DNA of 64,000 bases from Octopus vulgaris. Taxonomy: Eukaryota. The notes under the pieces are model-generated. The model was not told where the DNA came from, made no database searches, and saw nothing but the letters and a program-made list of their open reading frames with translations. A program made the translations under genes and the position numbers. Below are positions 44,239-60,670 of this stretch, piece after piece (position 1 is the first letter of the stretch; each line of letters starts with the position of its first letter). The stretch is taken from the NCBI GenBank assembly GCA_951406725.2, contig OX597841.1:8246001-8310000 (forward strand), given 5' to 3'.

Positions 44239-45706
44239 TCATATGTTGTGGTGTGTGCTATTGCTCCATTCTAGTTTTCTATTCAGGCTAGGTTTATTTT
44301 CTATTATATGTGTAGCTTCTGTAATTTGTCTAATTGTTGCATCTGTTCTATGTGTGGACAATATCTTAATCTCTATGTTATTGATTGATCCCCCGTGTTC
44401 TTGTTCGGCGTGTTGGTACAGAATCGATGAGCTTTTACCTTCCTTGAGTTGTCTCCAATGTTCATTCACCCGCTCTCCAATGCTTCTTGCTGTTTCCCCT
44501 ACGTATGTTACTGTCTTGTTACTGCATCGTCCCTCTATACATCTTATACTATAGACCACATTTCTGGCTTTACAGTTTGTTTGTGGGCTAAATCTACATA
44601 CAGTGCAATAGTTATCCGTACAGAGAGTTCTACTAAAAGGATAGGTTCTACCAATTATAGATCTGATAGGGTTGCCTGGCTTTTCAACAACCTTAATTCT
44701 TAGTTTAAGTTTATCTAGGGTCCTTCTAAAGCGGTACGCCAGTTCACCTCCAGGGGTGGTGTCAACGAACATGACACTCTGGTATTTATGGCTATCATAC
44801 CAAGAGTTGGCCTTCCCTATTTTCTTTTTTGTCCTTTCTATAGTGTTCCATGACTTGTTCCTATAGAGTGGGCAAATCCCATTCCTATCATTACATAATA
44901 TATTATCAAATTTCTTCATGGCTCCTTTGTATACTCTGATCCTTTCTTTATGGCTGTAACCTGAGAACTGCATGCGGTGAATGAAATACTGTATGTGTCT
45001 CTTTAATTCTGTAGGCTCGCACATGCGTGACACATTTCTCATTATTCTGACGAGGTCCGCCATCAAAATATTGAATTTGGCATTGCCCGCAATGGCTGAG
45101 TTCCGGTGGATCAGGTATTTTGAGGCCATAGGTTTTGCATAGTATGATTGAAGGATTTGGGTTTTATTTTTCACAATTTCTAGCCAGAGTTCAGTGTCTA
45201 GTACTGGTAGTCTATGGTTGGGGTGTTTAGTGGGGTAGTCTATTGTGACCTTAATACTCTGGTGGATGGAGTTAGCTATTTGCTGGATGCTCTCCATAGT
45301 ATTAGTTTCTATTACTATATCAACATTACTCTCTTGTGGGGGTGCCTTTACTACTATATTGATATCATCAACATAGCGAGAGTACATGTTTACGAGTATG
45401 GATTTCTGCAGTAGGCATTCTTTAAGCCTTCTGTCCCACCATACCATGAAGAGGTTGGCCACATCACCAGCGATACTAACACCGATGGCTGCCCCCTCGT
45501 CCTGGGCATATATTTTATTATTAAATTTAAATGTGTGGCCTTTTAGGGTAACTCTTATACTAGCTCCTAGTGCATGTGCGATCATTTTCTTTACCTGATG
45601 GACATTTGGGTCTCGTATGGCTCTGGTCCATCCGCGCCATCTTTCTATATGTGTCTTTCTAGCCATAGAGTAATTGTGGCGGTCTACCTCTTAAACATCT
45701 ACTGGG
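44239..45706 (-). mobile_element. Penelope-like element, 5'-truncated, open RT + GIY-YIG ORF (44239-45666, 475 aa)
   Basis: GAAIG, YSRYVDDI and LPVLD RT motifs; Cys-rich linker CTDNYCTVC; VVYSIRC...YVGETAR...R.NEH...EA..I...LN GIY-YIG motifs. Confidence 0.92.
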
Positions 45707-47599
<1,893 letters not shown>

Positions 47600-49455
47600 G
47601 ATTGATTGATTGATTGATTGATTCTAGTTTCAGCTTATGAGCTGTGGCCATGCTGGGGCACCGCCATTTGGTGTTGCTACTTGGTTTCACTTCATGGAGG
47701 CTTTCTAGCAACTGCTATTTGGTGCATGAGAGAGTTCGATGCAGCTGCCCTCATCTGCCCCTCCTGCCGTGAAGTTGGTTCATCTGGGACACCTGACAGG
47801 AAGAGATCCAGCTTCATTTTAAAGACATCTGTATCCACCCCATGCAGGTCTCTCAGGTTCTTCGGGAGGATATTGAAGAGCTGTGGGCCTCGGAAGCCCA
47901 GGCTATCACAGAATCTTGTCCTACATCTTGATGGCAGGTTTGGAGTCCTAGGCACCACGCAGTGGCGCCCAGTTCTGGCATTTGCGTAACTCTCGATGCC
48001 AAAGTTCAGGACACTTCCCTCCAGGATCTTCCAGATGTATATTATGGCATATCTTTCCCGCCTACGCTCCAGGGAATATAAATTTAATCTCTTGAGTCTT
48101 TCCCAGTAGCTTACATTCTGCATAGAGGCTATCTTCTTCGTGTAGCTTCGTTGGATCGCCTCAAGTTCTGTGATCAACTTGACACTGGATGGTGACCATA
48201 GCTGAGAGCAATAGTCAAAGTGGCTTAGGACAAGTGTCTTCCAGAGGACCATCATGGTTTCTTGTTCTCTTGTTCTAAAGGTTCTAAGAATCCATCCAGC
48301 CAGCCGTCTACATTTCATTGTCAGTTTAGCAACATGTACATGAAAGGTCGCGTCATCACTCATGTGAATACCCAGGTCACGCACTGATTGTGCCTCTGGG
48401 ATTGCAATCCCTCCGGGTCCAGTGTATTCATTGGGTATTGCATTCAGTTTTGCATGCTGATAGTATAAAGCTTGAAACTTTCCAGCATTGAACTGCATGC
48501 TATTCTTTTCAGCCCACTTGTATATTTCGTCCAGCTCACATTGCAGGTGTTTAGTGTCCTCAGGGTTCTGTATTGCCTGTGAAACTTTTGTATCATCTGC
48601 ATAACTTGTGATCGTGGCTCTCTGCGTGGCTGAGGGCATGTCTGAGAGGGCCATTATGAACAGTAGTGGTCCCAGAACAGTGCCCTGCGGAACACCGCTC
48701 ACTATTTGTGTGTTAATGGAGGTGGCCCCATTGGCTACTACCACCTGACTTCTATCCTTCAGAAAGTCATGAAGCCATTCTCCCAGTTTTCCAACTATGT
48801 TGAGATCACGCAGTTTGTGACATATCATTCCATGATCGACTTTATCAAAGGCCTTTGCAAAGTCGAGATATATCACTTCCACATTTGAGTGGTTGAGCAG
48901 CCGTTTCAGCACCCAGTCATAGTGTTGTAGGAGCTGAGTTAAACAGCTTCTCCCTGGTCGGAAACCATGTTGGGTGTCGGGCAGCAAGTCATTCTCTTCA
49001 AGGAAGGTGATCAGCTTCCTTCTGACTATTCGTTCCATGACCTTGCTGATGTGTGAGGTCAGAGAGATAGGTCTATAGTTCTTGGCTTCCGCTCTGCTAC
49101 CTCCTTTATGAATGGGGCATATTTTACCTTCCTTCAGTTTTCTTGGAAGTTTGCCAGCTGCAAGGAAGCTCTGAAAGAGGAACTGTAGTGGTCTTGCTAG
49201 GACTCTCTTACATGCTTTTAGGAGGATTGCCGGGAATCCATCGGGGCCAGTAGCTGAGTCTGTTTTCATTTCATCTATAGACTTGATTACATCGTCTTCC
49301 TTTATATCAATGTAATCTATCGTCGCCGCCTCTGATTTTATATCTGCAGTGGTAAAAAAGTCAGTTGGATTGGTGATTTGGAGATGCCCAAGGGGTGGAG
49401 TGAAAACACTCTTGAATTGCTCATTCAGTATTTCACTTACCCTCATTACCCTCAT
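47600..49455 (-). mobile_element. 5'-truncated CR1-type LINE with uninterrupted 587-aa RT ORF, 3'UTR and (AATC)n tail
   Basis: NYRPISLTS, QHGFRPGRSC, YLDFAKAFDKV, GVPQG, YADD and LYSLERRR motifs. Confidence 0.95.
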
Positions 49456-50172
<717 letters not shown>

Positions 50173-51794
50173 AAATTGAGATAGGGGTTGTAAATGCAAC
50201 CCTCCATGGGATAACATATATCTAATCTACCGCTAGTGAAGTACCCAACAAAGTTAATACATAAATGTTAATAATTGCGATGCAATGAATTCATCTACTG
50301 CATTATATGGCAAAGGTAAAATGTTTTACCACAAATTCATAATACAAAATAAGAAAATGGAGAAATACATCTAGATCAAATATCAATTACCAGATAATAC
50401 CCAATCACATACTTTATTAAACCACCACATAAGAAACTTTAAGGACAAACATAATAATGTAGAACAAAATAGTGTACATAAAGGAGTGTACATAAAGGAG
50501 TAATGTTATACAATAAGTACAATATGTATAAGAGAATATAAAAATAAGTAAATATAAGTATAAATATAGACTACATCTTACAGCTGTTTCGGCCATGCAG
50601 ATAAGTATGTCTCGTAGTTATAAATGAGACATTTACAAAAATATCCTAAGGCCTCTTCGGAGATTATGTGATACAAATCAGATTACATACACATTTATAT
50701 AGGTGTGGGTACATACCCATAATAAAACATATACATATACATATGAGTGCATATACTCACACTCCTATACATATAAATATACATATACATAATGATATAA
50801 ATAATATAAATAATATAGATCAATAAACATATATATGTTCCACATTCAATGTTACAGTTTTTCAACTTAATATTGTGATAATTACAATGTAGAAAAACAT
50901 ACACATATTAATACCCAAATGCAGATATACAGAGTCAAGAGTACATTATATTAATTCTTAACAATTTCCAAAATGTCATTAATGTTAGCATCATTATCAT
51001 TGTCATTACCACTAATGCTACCAATATCATCATTCGTATTATTATTAATAACGCTAATACTAGAAAAACAATATATAGACTCCATTATTAGCAATATAGT
51101 TACAATAGTACTACAATACCATGCAAAGTGTTAAATATCTGCATATACATTCGAAATATGAAACAAAAGCATTCTGTTTACACGACATTAAGATCCACTG
51201 GTGCACAGATGTACTTCCGAGTTAAAATTTATAATTTCCAATGTGACAGAAATACACTATTACTTTCAGAAATAGATGCGAATCTAGCGCTAAACTATGA
51301 TTGGCTTATGGATTTGAATTTAAATTACCATTGTCTTTCTTACGGTTGGTTTGTTGTGGAAAAAACTATACCAACATTTATACACACACACACATACATA
51401 CGTACATCCGCACATATACATAAACATATACACTCTCATGTACTGCGTCTGCAAACATTCGCATATACTTATATACACATTTAAATATGCATTTGCGTAC
51501 TCATACGTATAAGAAAAACATATACATATATATCCAACCATGAATATACATATCCATACAAAAACATACATACACATATATATACATATGAATACATTTC
51601 GACATATCCACATATATTTACTAAGTTACAAAATATATGTCTGTCATCAAATGGCGTATAGATAAACCAGCACAGGCAGGGACAGCTATAGCAACGTTTA
51701 TACACTCACACACATACTCACACGCACATCCGCACATATCTATAAACGTTTATACACTCTCATACGCTGTGTCTGCAAACATTCGCATTGACAT

Positions 51795-52090
51795 CCTTAC
51801 ATACCATGAATTATTGCATAAGGAAATTACAAAGAAGTATAAAATTGTACCTTTTAATACACTTGGGGAACTAAACTTAGAGGTTAGAGAAATAATGTTT
51901 GATTATTATCTGGAGGATAAAACTGAACCTTATACCCCCATGAGACCGAGAATTACACTTAAAGACCATAAGGAAAACTTCCTTGGTAACACACAGGTCA
52001 GACTGATTTGCCCTACCAAGTCTGCCTTAGGTAAATTGAGTAAACTTATTCTGGACAAATACTTACCGACTATACGTAACAAGATTATCG
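51795..52090 (+). mobile_element. Penelope-like RT N-terminal fragment
   Basis: YHELLHKEITKKYK...ITLKDHKENF...RLICPTKSALGKLSKLILD. Confidence 0.75.
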
Positions 52091-52139
52091 TTACACCTGA
52101 GCAATAAATATTGTTGAACACCTGCGGATGTTTGGTGTT

Positions 52140-54830
52140 CAATATGTCCAGGTATTTGGTAGATATTGTTATCTCTACCTGCTATGTGAACGAAACTGCC
52201 GTGTGTGGTTAGACAAGGTCTGTAAATACCATACTGTAGTTAGTTTTATACTCCTGACCACTACTCCTCCATCTTCACAACAACAATATCAACACCAGGT
52301 GTCACTACTATGTCATAAAACACCATCTACCTTCACTTCCCCGCAACAAACTTCCTGACTGCATTCCCATATTCCACCATCGATATCAACTACATCTAAA
52401 TAATAATAGTCGACACATCATCCATCTTCAGTTCTGTCTCTAATATAATGACCACCACACACAAGTTGATTGTCATTGCTTTTATAAATACCGTTGTAGT
52501 ACTTCCCAGCGTTGATGGTTTTTAAACGACAGAGATCTCTGTTGAAAAGCATCATTTCTTTACAAAAGACAACTATAAAGCATTCCTCTGTCCACCAACA
52601 TATGTTCAGTGGTGGTGGTTGTTTATGTTGCAGCATGTCTCCTGTCATTGTGCTGATTAATGTGACACTTTCTCCAAACATCAATGCACTGACAGTGTCA
52701 TCCAACTTAATTGGATTACTGTTCCGGTCCCTGTTCTTCAGATATTCATAATTAACTGGTTCATCGAATGTGGCAATGGAAAGAGGGACCACTGCTGTTC
52801 TATGTGGCAGTCTTCTGCTATTTCATCAGCTGCTGACTTACTTTCCGCTATGTAATTACCACATCTCACCTCTAATCTACCTTTATTTATTCATTACTGA
52901 ATATTTCCTTGTTCGTTTCAGATATAATGGAAGGGAAACGAAGACCAGAATCAAGATTTAATAATGACACAGATTCCAGAATGTTCACTTGGTCCCCATC
53001 AATCTTTATGCAATGACATTCAATCAATTCAATATGTATACATCAGTAAATACCTGCCACTTTTCTCCATATTACACCATAAGGGATGAGACTTGACCAA
53101 ACTTTATATTTCTCCAAATCTTGTTCCTTCAGTGAAATATTTCTCATCTGTTTGGAAGTGTGACCATTATCCCTCTTTCTCCTGTAAAACACACACCACC
53201 AACTAAACTTCCAACATCTCTATGACATAGCAACTCCCCATCTCTATCAAGTATTTTAACATTTCCATTATTGGCTTTTTCACACACGTCTGTCTTTCCT
53301 TCCTCAGAGACATCAAAATCTTTTACTTGAACAGGACAGTCGTCTGTTTGTAAACGACAAACAGGGAATCTCTCCCGATTAAGCTGAAACAAACCTTCAA
53401 CATACAATTTATTTCAGTGTCTTCTAATATATCTCGGCCCTTTACTGTTTATACAGCTAAAGCCCACTTTACATACACAAATTCTTTCATTTAAATATAT
53501 TTTGCTGTGGTCACCAGTCTGTATGAAACACACTATGTTGTTAAATATACCATAGAGATGATATCTTTTCTCATCAACTGTTATGTTGCTATGAATACTG
53601 ATATACTTCATGTAGTGTCTAACTGAATGTAAATACTGACCATCACTACTGAGGAAATTGATGAATTTGTTGTTGCTAACGAGGATGACATCATTAACAG
53701 TCACTGTAATATTGCATATGCCTTCAACATAATCAATAACCTCACCACCTCTCATCAATAATGTCTCAGGTATGTCTATTTGCTTCATTATACTCACAGT
53801 CGAATGGATTTCATCAAAATCAATGACATACAAAGTACGTTCATCTCCATCCCAATTATATACTAGTAGACCATCCGACAAAGAAGCAATACAATGATAT
53901 TTATTTCTTGTCTGCTAAATCACCAATGACAATTGAAATTCAACTTTTAATGTCAACATTTGGTTGTCACCATCACCAGTTGTAATAACCAGTGGGTTTG
54001 ACTGCCATCGACACATATTGATGGCAGAGACATTCAGTTTGATAGAATCCAAGAGATGACCATCAAATGTGAATTTCTTAATGTGTTTTATTTTTCCTGT
54101 CGTATATTGCAATCAGGTTGTTTTCAGTAATAACCAAACGAAAAATCTGCACTGGTTGTTTGTCTCGGAAACCTGGAGATCCTGTAGATAGAATTTAGAA
54201 GACAACATTTCACTGACACAGATGTTTCTATAAAATAGATGTGCCATGTCAATATTAAGCTGATTATTTGTAACGAGATCCTTAACCACCAAATAGTAAT
54301 CATTTATAACAAACATAGGGATGTTGTCTAACAGATAAACATTTTTATCTATACATCCACCATAGAAATTGTGGGGAGGTTTCATTTGGGACTGTAAAAC
54401 ACTGGCGACCATCTTGTGACCCCTATATTATTAGAACCCCACTAACATATATCTGTGGCTGTAGACGGCAGAGATAATCTGGACACAATGTCTCCTTCCT
54501 CAGAAATGTACAACAAGCAATCATGCTTGATGTCGGACACCACCAACTGTCCATTGGACAGATTACATATTTCGCCAATGACAATTTTTTGGTCATTCTC
54601 CTTTTCTTTGAGTCGTAGATTTAGATTTCTGATATAAGGATTTTTCGTGGTTAAACAACAGCCAGACGACCGGTCTTGATACTTGTAAAGAAGAACCCTG
54701 CTGAGTTGAGTGTCCGGGACATAAAGAGTTCCTTGGAAAACAGCAATGTGAGGGTGAACAGGGAAAGGCAGTTCCCACTGCCATTTCATTTCTCCATATA
54801 GATCGTAACATATGAGAATAGAGTGTCTCC
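52140..54830 (-). pseudogene. disrupted beta-propeller (NHL-repeat-like) coding sequence
   Basis: Chain of co-oriented ORF fragments with blade-like motifs (PHIAVFQGTLYVPD, ICNLSNGQLVVSD, ITVTVNDVILVS, LSSDGQYLHSV) broken by stops and frameshifts. Confidence 0.55.
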
Positions 54831-55053
54831 TGAAGAGGACATAGAAATAAACATTATCAGAGTAGATGTGAAGAGGGTAGCCATAAACATCACAGTGGAA
54901 TGGATTCTTCCCTGTATGAATACGTTTGTGTGTAGTGAAGAGACTGGCTGAAGAGAATGATTTACCACAGACTCCACAACGATCTGGTTTCTCTCCTGTA
55001 TAGATATGTCAGTGACTAATTAAGTACTTATAGGAAATGATTCACCACAGATA

Positions 55054-55572
55054 TCAGTCATATGGCTTCTCTCCTATATGGAAACGTTTGTGAGTAGCTA
55101 AGCTGTCACTTTGGCAGAATGATTTACCACAGACATCACAGTGACAAGGCTTCTCCCCAGTATGAATACGTTTGTGTACAGTCAAGTTATAATTTCGAGA
55201 GAATGATTTACCACAGATGTCACAGTCAAATGGTTTCTGCCCTGTATGAATACATTTGTGTTTAGTTAGGGTAATACTTTTAGAGAAAGACTTGCCACAG
55301 ATGTTGCAGTGATATGGCTTCTCCCCTGTATGAACACGTATGTGAGTAGTTAAAATACTTTGGTCAGAGAATGATGTACCACAGACATTACAGTGATAAG
55401 GCTTCTCTCCTTTATGAAGACGTTTGTGTGCCGTCAAGCTACTTTTCTGAAAGAATGATTTACCACAAATGTCGCAGTGAAATGGTTTCTCTCCCGTATG
55501 AATACGTTTGTGCTTATTTAAGTAAGCCTTTTGAGAGAAGGACTTTTTACAGACATCACAGTCATGTGACAA
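55054..55572 (-). CDS. C2H2 zinc-finger array, six intact fingers (possibly pseudogenic)
   Basis: Six CxxC-x12-HxxxH fingers with TGEKP-type linkers; further decayed fingers to ~54850; upstream ATG at 55631 is out of frame; splice acceptor near 56399. Confidence 0.85.
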   Translation of the reverse strand: MSHDCDVCKKSFSQKAYLNKHKRIHTGEKPFHCDICGKSFFQKSSLTAHKRLHKGEKPYHCNVCGTSFSDQSILTTHIRVHTGEKPYHCNICGKSFSKSITLTKHKCIHTGQKPFDCDICGKSFSRNYNLTVHKRIHTGEKPCHCDVCGKSFCQSDSLATHKRFHIGEKPYD

Positions 55573-55667
55573 TTTCTGTCTCCTTTTTCTTCAGGAAAAA
55601 TCAGTTCCTTTAATTTCTCACTCTTTTCCATTATGTTTCTTCGAAAATCACAATATATATATTTTTT

Positions 55668-55869
55668 TCCTTTTATTTGTTTCAGTCATTTGACTGCGGC
55701 CATGCTGGAGCACTGCCTTTAGTCGGACAAATCGACCCCGAGACTTATTCTTTTTAAGACCAGTACTTATTCTATCGGTCTCTTTTTGCCGAACTGCTAA
55801 GTGACAGGGACGTAAACACGCCAGCATCGGTTGTCAAGCAATGCTAGGGGGACAAACACAGACACACAG

Positions 55870-55900
<31 letters not shown>

Positions 55901-56070
55901 CATATATACGACAGGTCTCTTTCAGTTTCTGTCTACCAAATCCACTCACAAGGCATTGGTCGGCCCGGGGCTATAGCAGAAGACACTTGCCCAAGATGCC
56001 GCGCAGTGGTACTGAACCCGGAACCATGTGGTTGGTTAGAAAGCTACTTACCACACAGCCACTCCTGCCC
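55668..56070 (-). mobile_element. CORE-like SINE upstream of the zinc-finger ORF
   Basis: Well-preserved reverse-strand copy of the 25463-25830 family. Confidence 0.85.
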
Positions 56071-56604
56071 CTATATATTTTCATTTTGCTTCTATAGTCT
56101 TTTGTTTCCAAATATTTGGATTACTGTATTTCTATCCAGTGTTACCTTTGTCACGTTTTGTGACTAAATTTATCCACATTTAATCTGAAAACAGGCTCAT
56201 CTTGTAGACACTCCAGCCAGTGATGTCCAGAAGGTTTGCTAATAATACATTTCAGAATAAATATATCAGAGGAATTCTGCCATAGATTTAGAGAAACAAT
56301 CTTATATATCTGTTCTGTACAATATTTCCATTTTGGTCTTTAAAAAGATGATAAATAATGAGAATGTATCTTCAGTTATGCCAATGTCATCTGATATTCT
56401 GAAATAATAAAGAAACAACAGTGTAAGATAGAGAGGCTACTTAAAAAATACAGATTCATCATTTCTATAGAGATAAATTGTAGAAATAAACATTTACTTG
56501 AACAAAAGAACTTTTTAATTTATTAAAATTTACATGAGAAAATCTTGAGTGAAGCTAATGTGTTTGTAAACTCCAGCTACACATTCACATTCATATATAT
56601 ATAC

Positions 56605-59557
56605 ACTCGCAGCTATGCGCAGTTTCACCCGGTCTGTTTGGATGATGTGGATGGGATCATTTTCAGTTAGGCCTAATCTATAACAGTGTTTCTCAACCTT
56701 ATCATTTTGGGTCCCCTGTTTCGATTGGAGCCTCCAGCTGTATGAAAATTTCCTGACCCCCACTGCCCCTTGTCAGAAAACAGCTTCAGGTGTTGTGAAG
56801 AATGAATTTGTACGTAGTCTGTTTCTGAGAGCTATTCTATTGGACGTCTGTCTAATCATTAAAACATTGATTTAATTATGAACATAGGAAGAAATTATAC
56901 GTTAATCCCTATTTTTGTAAGTAGTTGTATCCATAATAATTTTATTTGCAGAGAGCAGAAATTGAAAGAACATACATGAAATGGACGTGTGTGTGTTTCC
57001 GGCTAATTTGGTGGATGTTTTGCAGTGGTTTGTGTTTATCTCTCGAGTCAAATTGTTGTTAATTTGTCTGTAATAGCCCGGACAAGTCGAAATGTCTTTG
57101 TTTTTTTACTCCTTCACCTTTACTGGTCAAACGAGCCAGGAGCCATTCTCTGGTAAGTTGAAATAAAAACAATAAGAATATTTTAATAAGTTTTAGCTTC
57201 AGTTTATATTTTATATGTTACCAGACAGTGTGTTTATAGTTAATTAAGTATACTAACACAGGTGCCTCCCTCCTAACTTCCAGAAAAAATTGATATTTTT
57301 TAATGAAATTTTCAACAAATACATTTCAGATGGTGTGGATTTCCATTATATCAGAATCTGAATAACAAACGTTTTTTTTCTGGTCCCTCCAGGTGCATCA
57401 AGAAAAAAATACCCGCTTTTTGTTTCTGCATATGGTCAAAGATGGTACTGTAAGCCCTCTGTTGCTCAGGCAGAAGTTTGGGCTCCTTTTGCTGGATGTA
57501 TTGATTAAGGGCTTCAGTATCATAGGACGTTTCACGTATTAACTCTGTTGGTACTGAAGGCGTCCCGTGGCACACTGGTTGCGGCAGCCCATATGGAGGT
57601 AAGGTATGACCTCCCAGAGAAACAGTCTTGTTCTCTATGTCAAGTAAAGCACAGTTGTAAATGAAATCATTTTCAGCTGGCAAGCAGGTATGATGCAGTT
57701 GGGCCTGGTAATGGAAGTCTTCTGGTCGGTCGTGTCTGTTCTTTAACCACAATGAATGGGGATTGGGAAGTTGGCAAATGTGCAGGAGTACAGAAAACAG
57801 AGCTCTGAGACGCTTTGGTGACTGTGAAACAGCAGCCTCTGCAAGCATAGCATCCCACTGCACACCGTCTTCTAGCAGCCCATGTAGTAAGCAAGCCTCT
57901 CTGAATGTAGCACATGTATGGCCATTCACAGCCTTTAATTGGTCGAAGGACTTTGGGCCCTTTACCTCGTGAAGCAGCAATCGGAGGTAGAAGCATTCTT
58001 GTTGGCCCGGGTGAACCGTGTACTCTCTGCCGAGGCAATTATCAAATTTAATCTCAGGGTGACCATCAACGGTTCGGCCTGACTTCCTTCACTGCTACTT
58101 ATTCCATGTGTAGTATGACGGGACTTGAGGATAAAGCAGATCTTGTGCAAACAGGTCTTACCTGGCAGAGTTTGAAGAAAGCCGTGAGTGTTGTATCTTT
58201 TGGTTGCTCAATCAGTCGAGCAGCAGTGGAAGCGGTGAAGTATACACGCTCTCCGATTTCAAGGTGCACTGCAAGCTGCTGGATTGGCGGATGCCTTTGA
58301 TGCAGTGGAAACCCGAAAATGTGCCAAAAGGCTTCGTTACTACTTATGTACCTGCCTACTTGGTATTGCGTTATTTCATCTCGGACTCCATCTGGTTGCA
58401 GGCCATACACAGCAGCATCAGCGCCTTTGTTGATGTACTTGCACACATATTTGATGGACTTTACAGAATGGCAGAGCTCGACATTTATGTGAGCATCGAA
58501 TGCCTTCGACAGGATTGGGCAGTAAGGCACTATCCATCTGTTGTCTACTTCATACGGACCAACATGTGCGGTGAATCCACCGTCCTTTGCTTTCCGTCAT
58601 GGAAACGCAGTGATCTCCGTCTAGGAATGGACAGTGTCTAAGAATGGATTTGGGTGAACAATTTTAAACATTGGACTTGGCAAAAACTAAAAAGTTAGTG
58701 CTCCAAATGGCGTAGTTTAGCATTTGTATGTTTGAATAAATGTTTGGCAGCGGAAGTTTGTAACGTAGTAGTGCACTGAGCCCCGGCAAAGGATGACTTT
58801 TGCTTAATTAAGAGTGTCAATAGGGTGAGTAGGGGTGCAAAAAAGTGATGATGCACGCCTTGTTGTCTCTACTCCCTAAGTAACACCATACACAGCAAGT
58901 AAGGCATGGGTATGGTTAACGGAGAAGCTATTGCAAGCAGTAATAGGGCTTCAAAAGCTTTGACGTGATTTTTTACAATGAACCACCGCTATGGCCCTCG
59001 ACTAAGAACGCCTATTGCTCAATGTTACACATTGGAACTTGCAAAGAGTATGGAACATGGGTTCTTTTGCTGTCTTTCTTCAAAGTAACAAGTGTAGCAA
59101 TGGAATGACTAAACGTTTGGCAACTGGCTTTTTTAAGGTAGCATTACATTGAACCCTGGCAAAGAAAGGGTAAGTGCTTCGTTTATTGGGCCAAAAAATG
59201 TGTCAAAAGGGTAGCTAGAGGTGCAAAACGTGTTGGTGCATGATATTTTTTGCTCTCTCCCCCCCAAAATAACACATTAACGTGTAAAATGGAGCAATTC
59301 AGGCGTGAACAAAAGTTCAGCAACACATGTGCGCATAAGGTCACTTTATGTGTATGCCCCCCCGATCATGCATGCAGGTCACGGGGGTGATTTCCTCGCC
59401 ATGATCTAACTCTGACCTTGTGGAGCATGTGTATAAAATTTGAGGTCAATCGGACGTTGAATGTGGATTTCTATAAAAAACATAAATGGCTACAGACACA
59501 CTGACACACAGGCACACACACACACACACACAAACTCAATTTTATAAATATAGAAGA
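56605..59557 (-). mobile_element. internally deleted Helitron with Rep-helicase fragments
   Basis: A|TCTTCTATATTTATAAAA 5' end at 59557; PYCPILSKAFDAHINVE, KYVCKYINKG, RYISSNEA and KGPKSF...TFREAC motifs, frameshifted Walker A near 57385; 3' end tentative. Confidence 0.85.
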
Positions 59558-59789
59558 TGTGTGTGTGTTTATGTGTGCGTGTGTGTGTATTAAACTCTAT
59601 ATACGTTTTTACGTGTGTATGGATGTGTAGATGTGTATTTGTATTAATGGATGCTGAAAGTGTGTATTTATGGAAAGATGCTGTATGTATATACAAGTAT
59701 ATGTGTGTATACATCATGCATGTATGTATGTGTTTTTATTTGCTTAGTCTGGAAGGCGGGGCAGAGCCCATGGCCTCTGTAGACCCTCC

Positions 59790-60670
59790 AACACCATGTC
59801 ATTAATGTTCTGGTCTAACCCCTGCAAGAAAGATATGAGCAGGGAGAAGACAATTACGGTGGGTCGATGTTTCAGGGAGGAAAGAAGGACGGCGTGGATT
59901 GGTCAGACCAGGACTGAAGTTTGGATTGAAGAGAGGTGAGAGAGAGGAGCGGATCTGTGGTTGCTGAATGGGAGAGGGACATGAACAGCGACCTTCACAG
60001 GCATGATGGAAACATGCCGGAGAGTAAAGAGTCTGTTCTTTAGGGGTTTAATGCCAATCAGTTGAACAGCCCTTATTTGGACGTGGTCCAGGGTAAATGG
60101 TTGAGGCTGATTGGTGAGGAATGAAGGTTCATATTGACTCCATGAGGATGGTCATTGTTGGATTTAGCAATAAGCAGGTGATTGGCTTATGGAAGGAAGA
60201 GAAGATGTGACAGAACCAAACCCCTGGAAGTACACGAGAGTTAATTTTGAATGAGATGGAATGAGCTCCATCAACATAAGTTGCAATGGTGTGATCTGAT
60301 TGGAAGCTACTGACTGAAGAGGTGCGAAATGGGTAGAAACCATACGTGGGAATTTTCTTTTTTTTTTTTGTAGGAGATTCACATCCCAGACAGGGACAAA
60401 AGTTTTCTTGTTGTCTTGGGGTAACAACGTGGCTTTTACTGAATATCTCAGAAATGTCATCCGGCTGGTGAATGACAAGAAACCGTCGGTCCCCAATGGA
60501 TCGGGCTCAACACAAGATGTGCTAATGGTCACTGGGCTGAGAGAGGGATTCAACGTGTTGGAGAAGGTCATTGTTTTCATTACCTGGGAGATGTTTGAGG
60601 TGAGAGCCATAGCGTGATACTTGATTGGGTTAAACGAGCTGCCTTTATTTGGAATGGGGCACACTGAAGC
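59790..60670 (-). mobile_element. highly decayed CR1/L2-like LINE fragment
   Basis: CPIPNKGSSFNPIKYHAMALTSNISQVMKT resembles the PIPKKG...NYRPIALTS RT motif. Confidence 0.55.
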
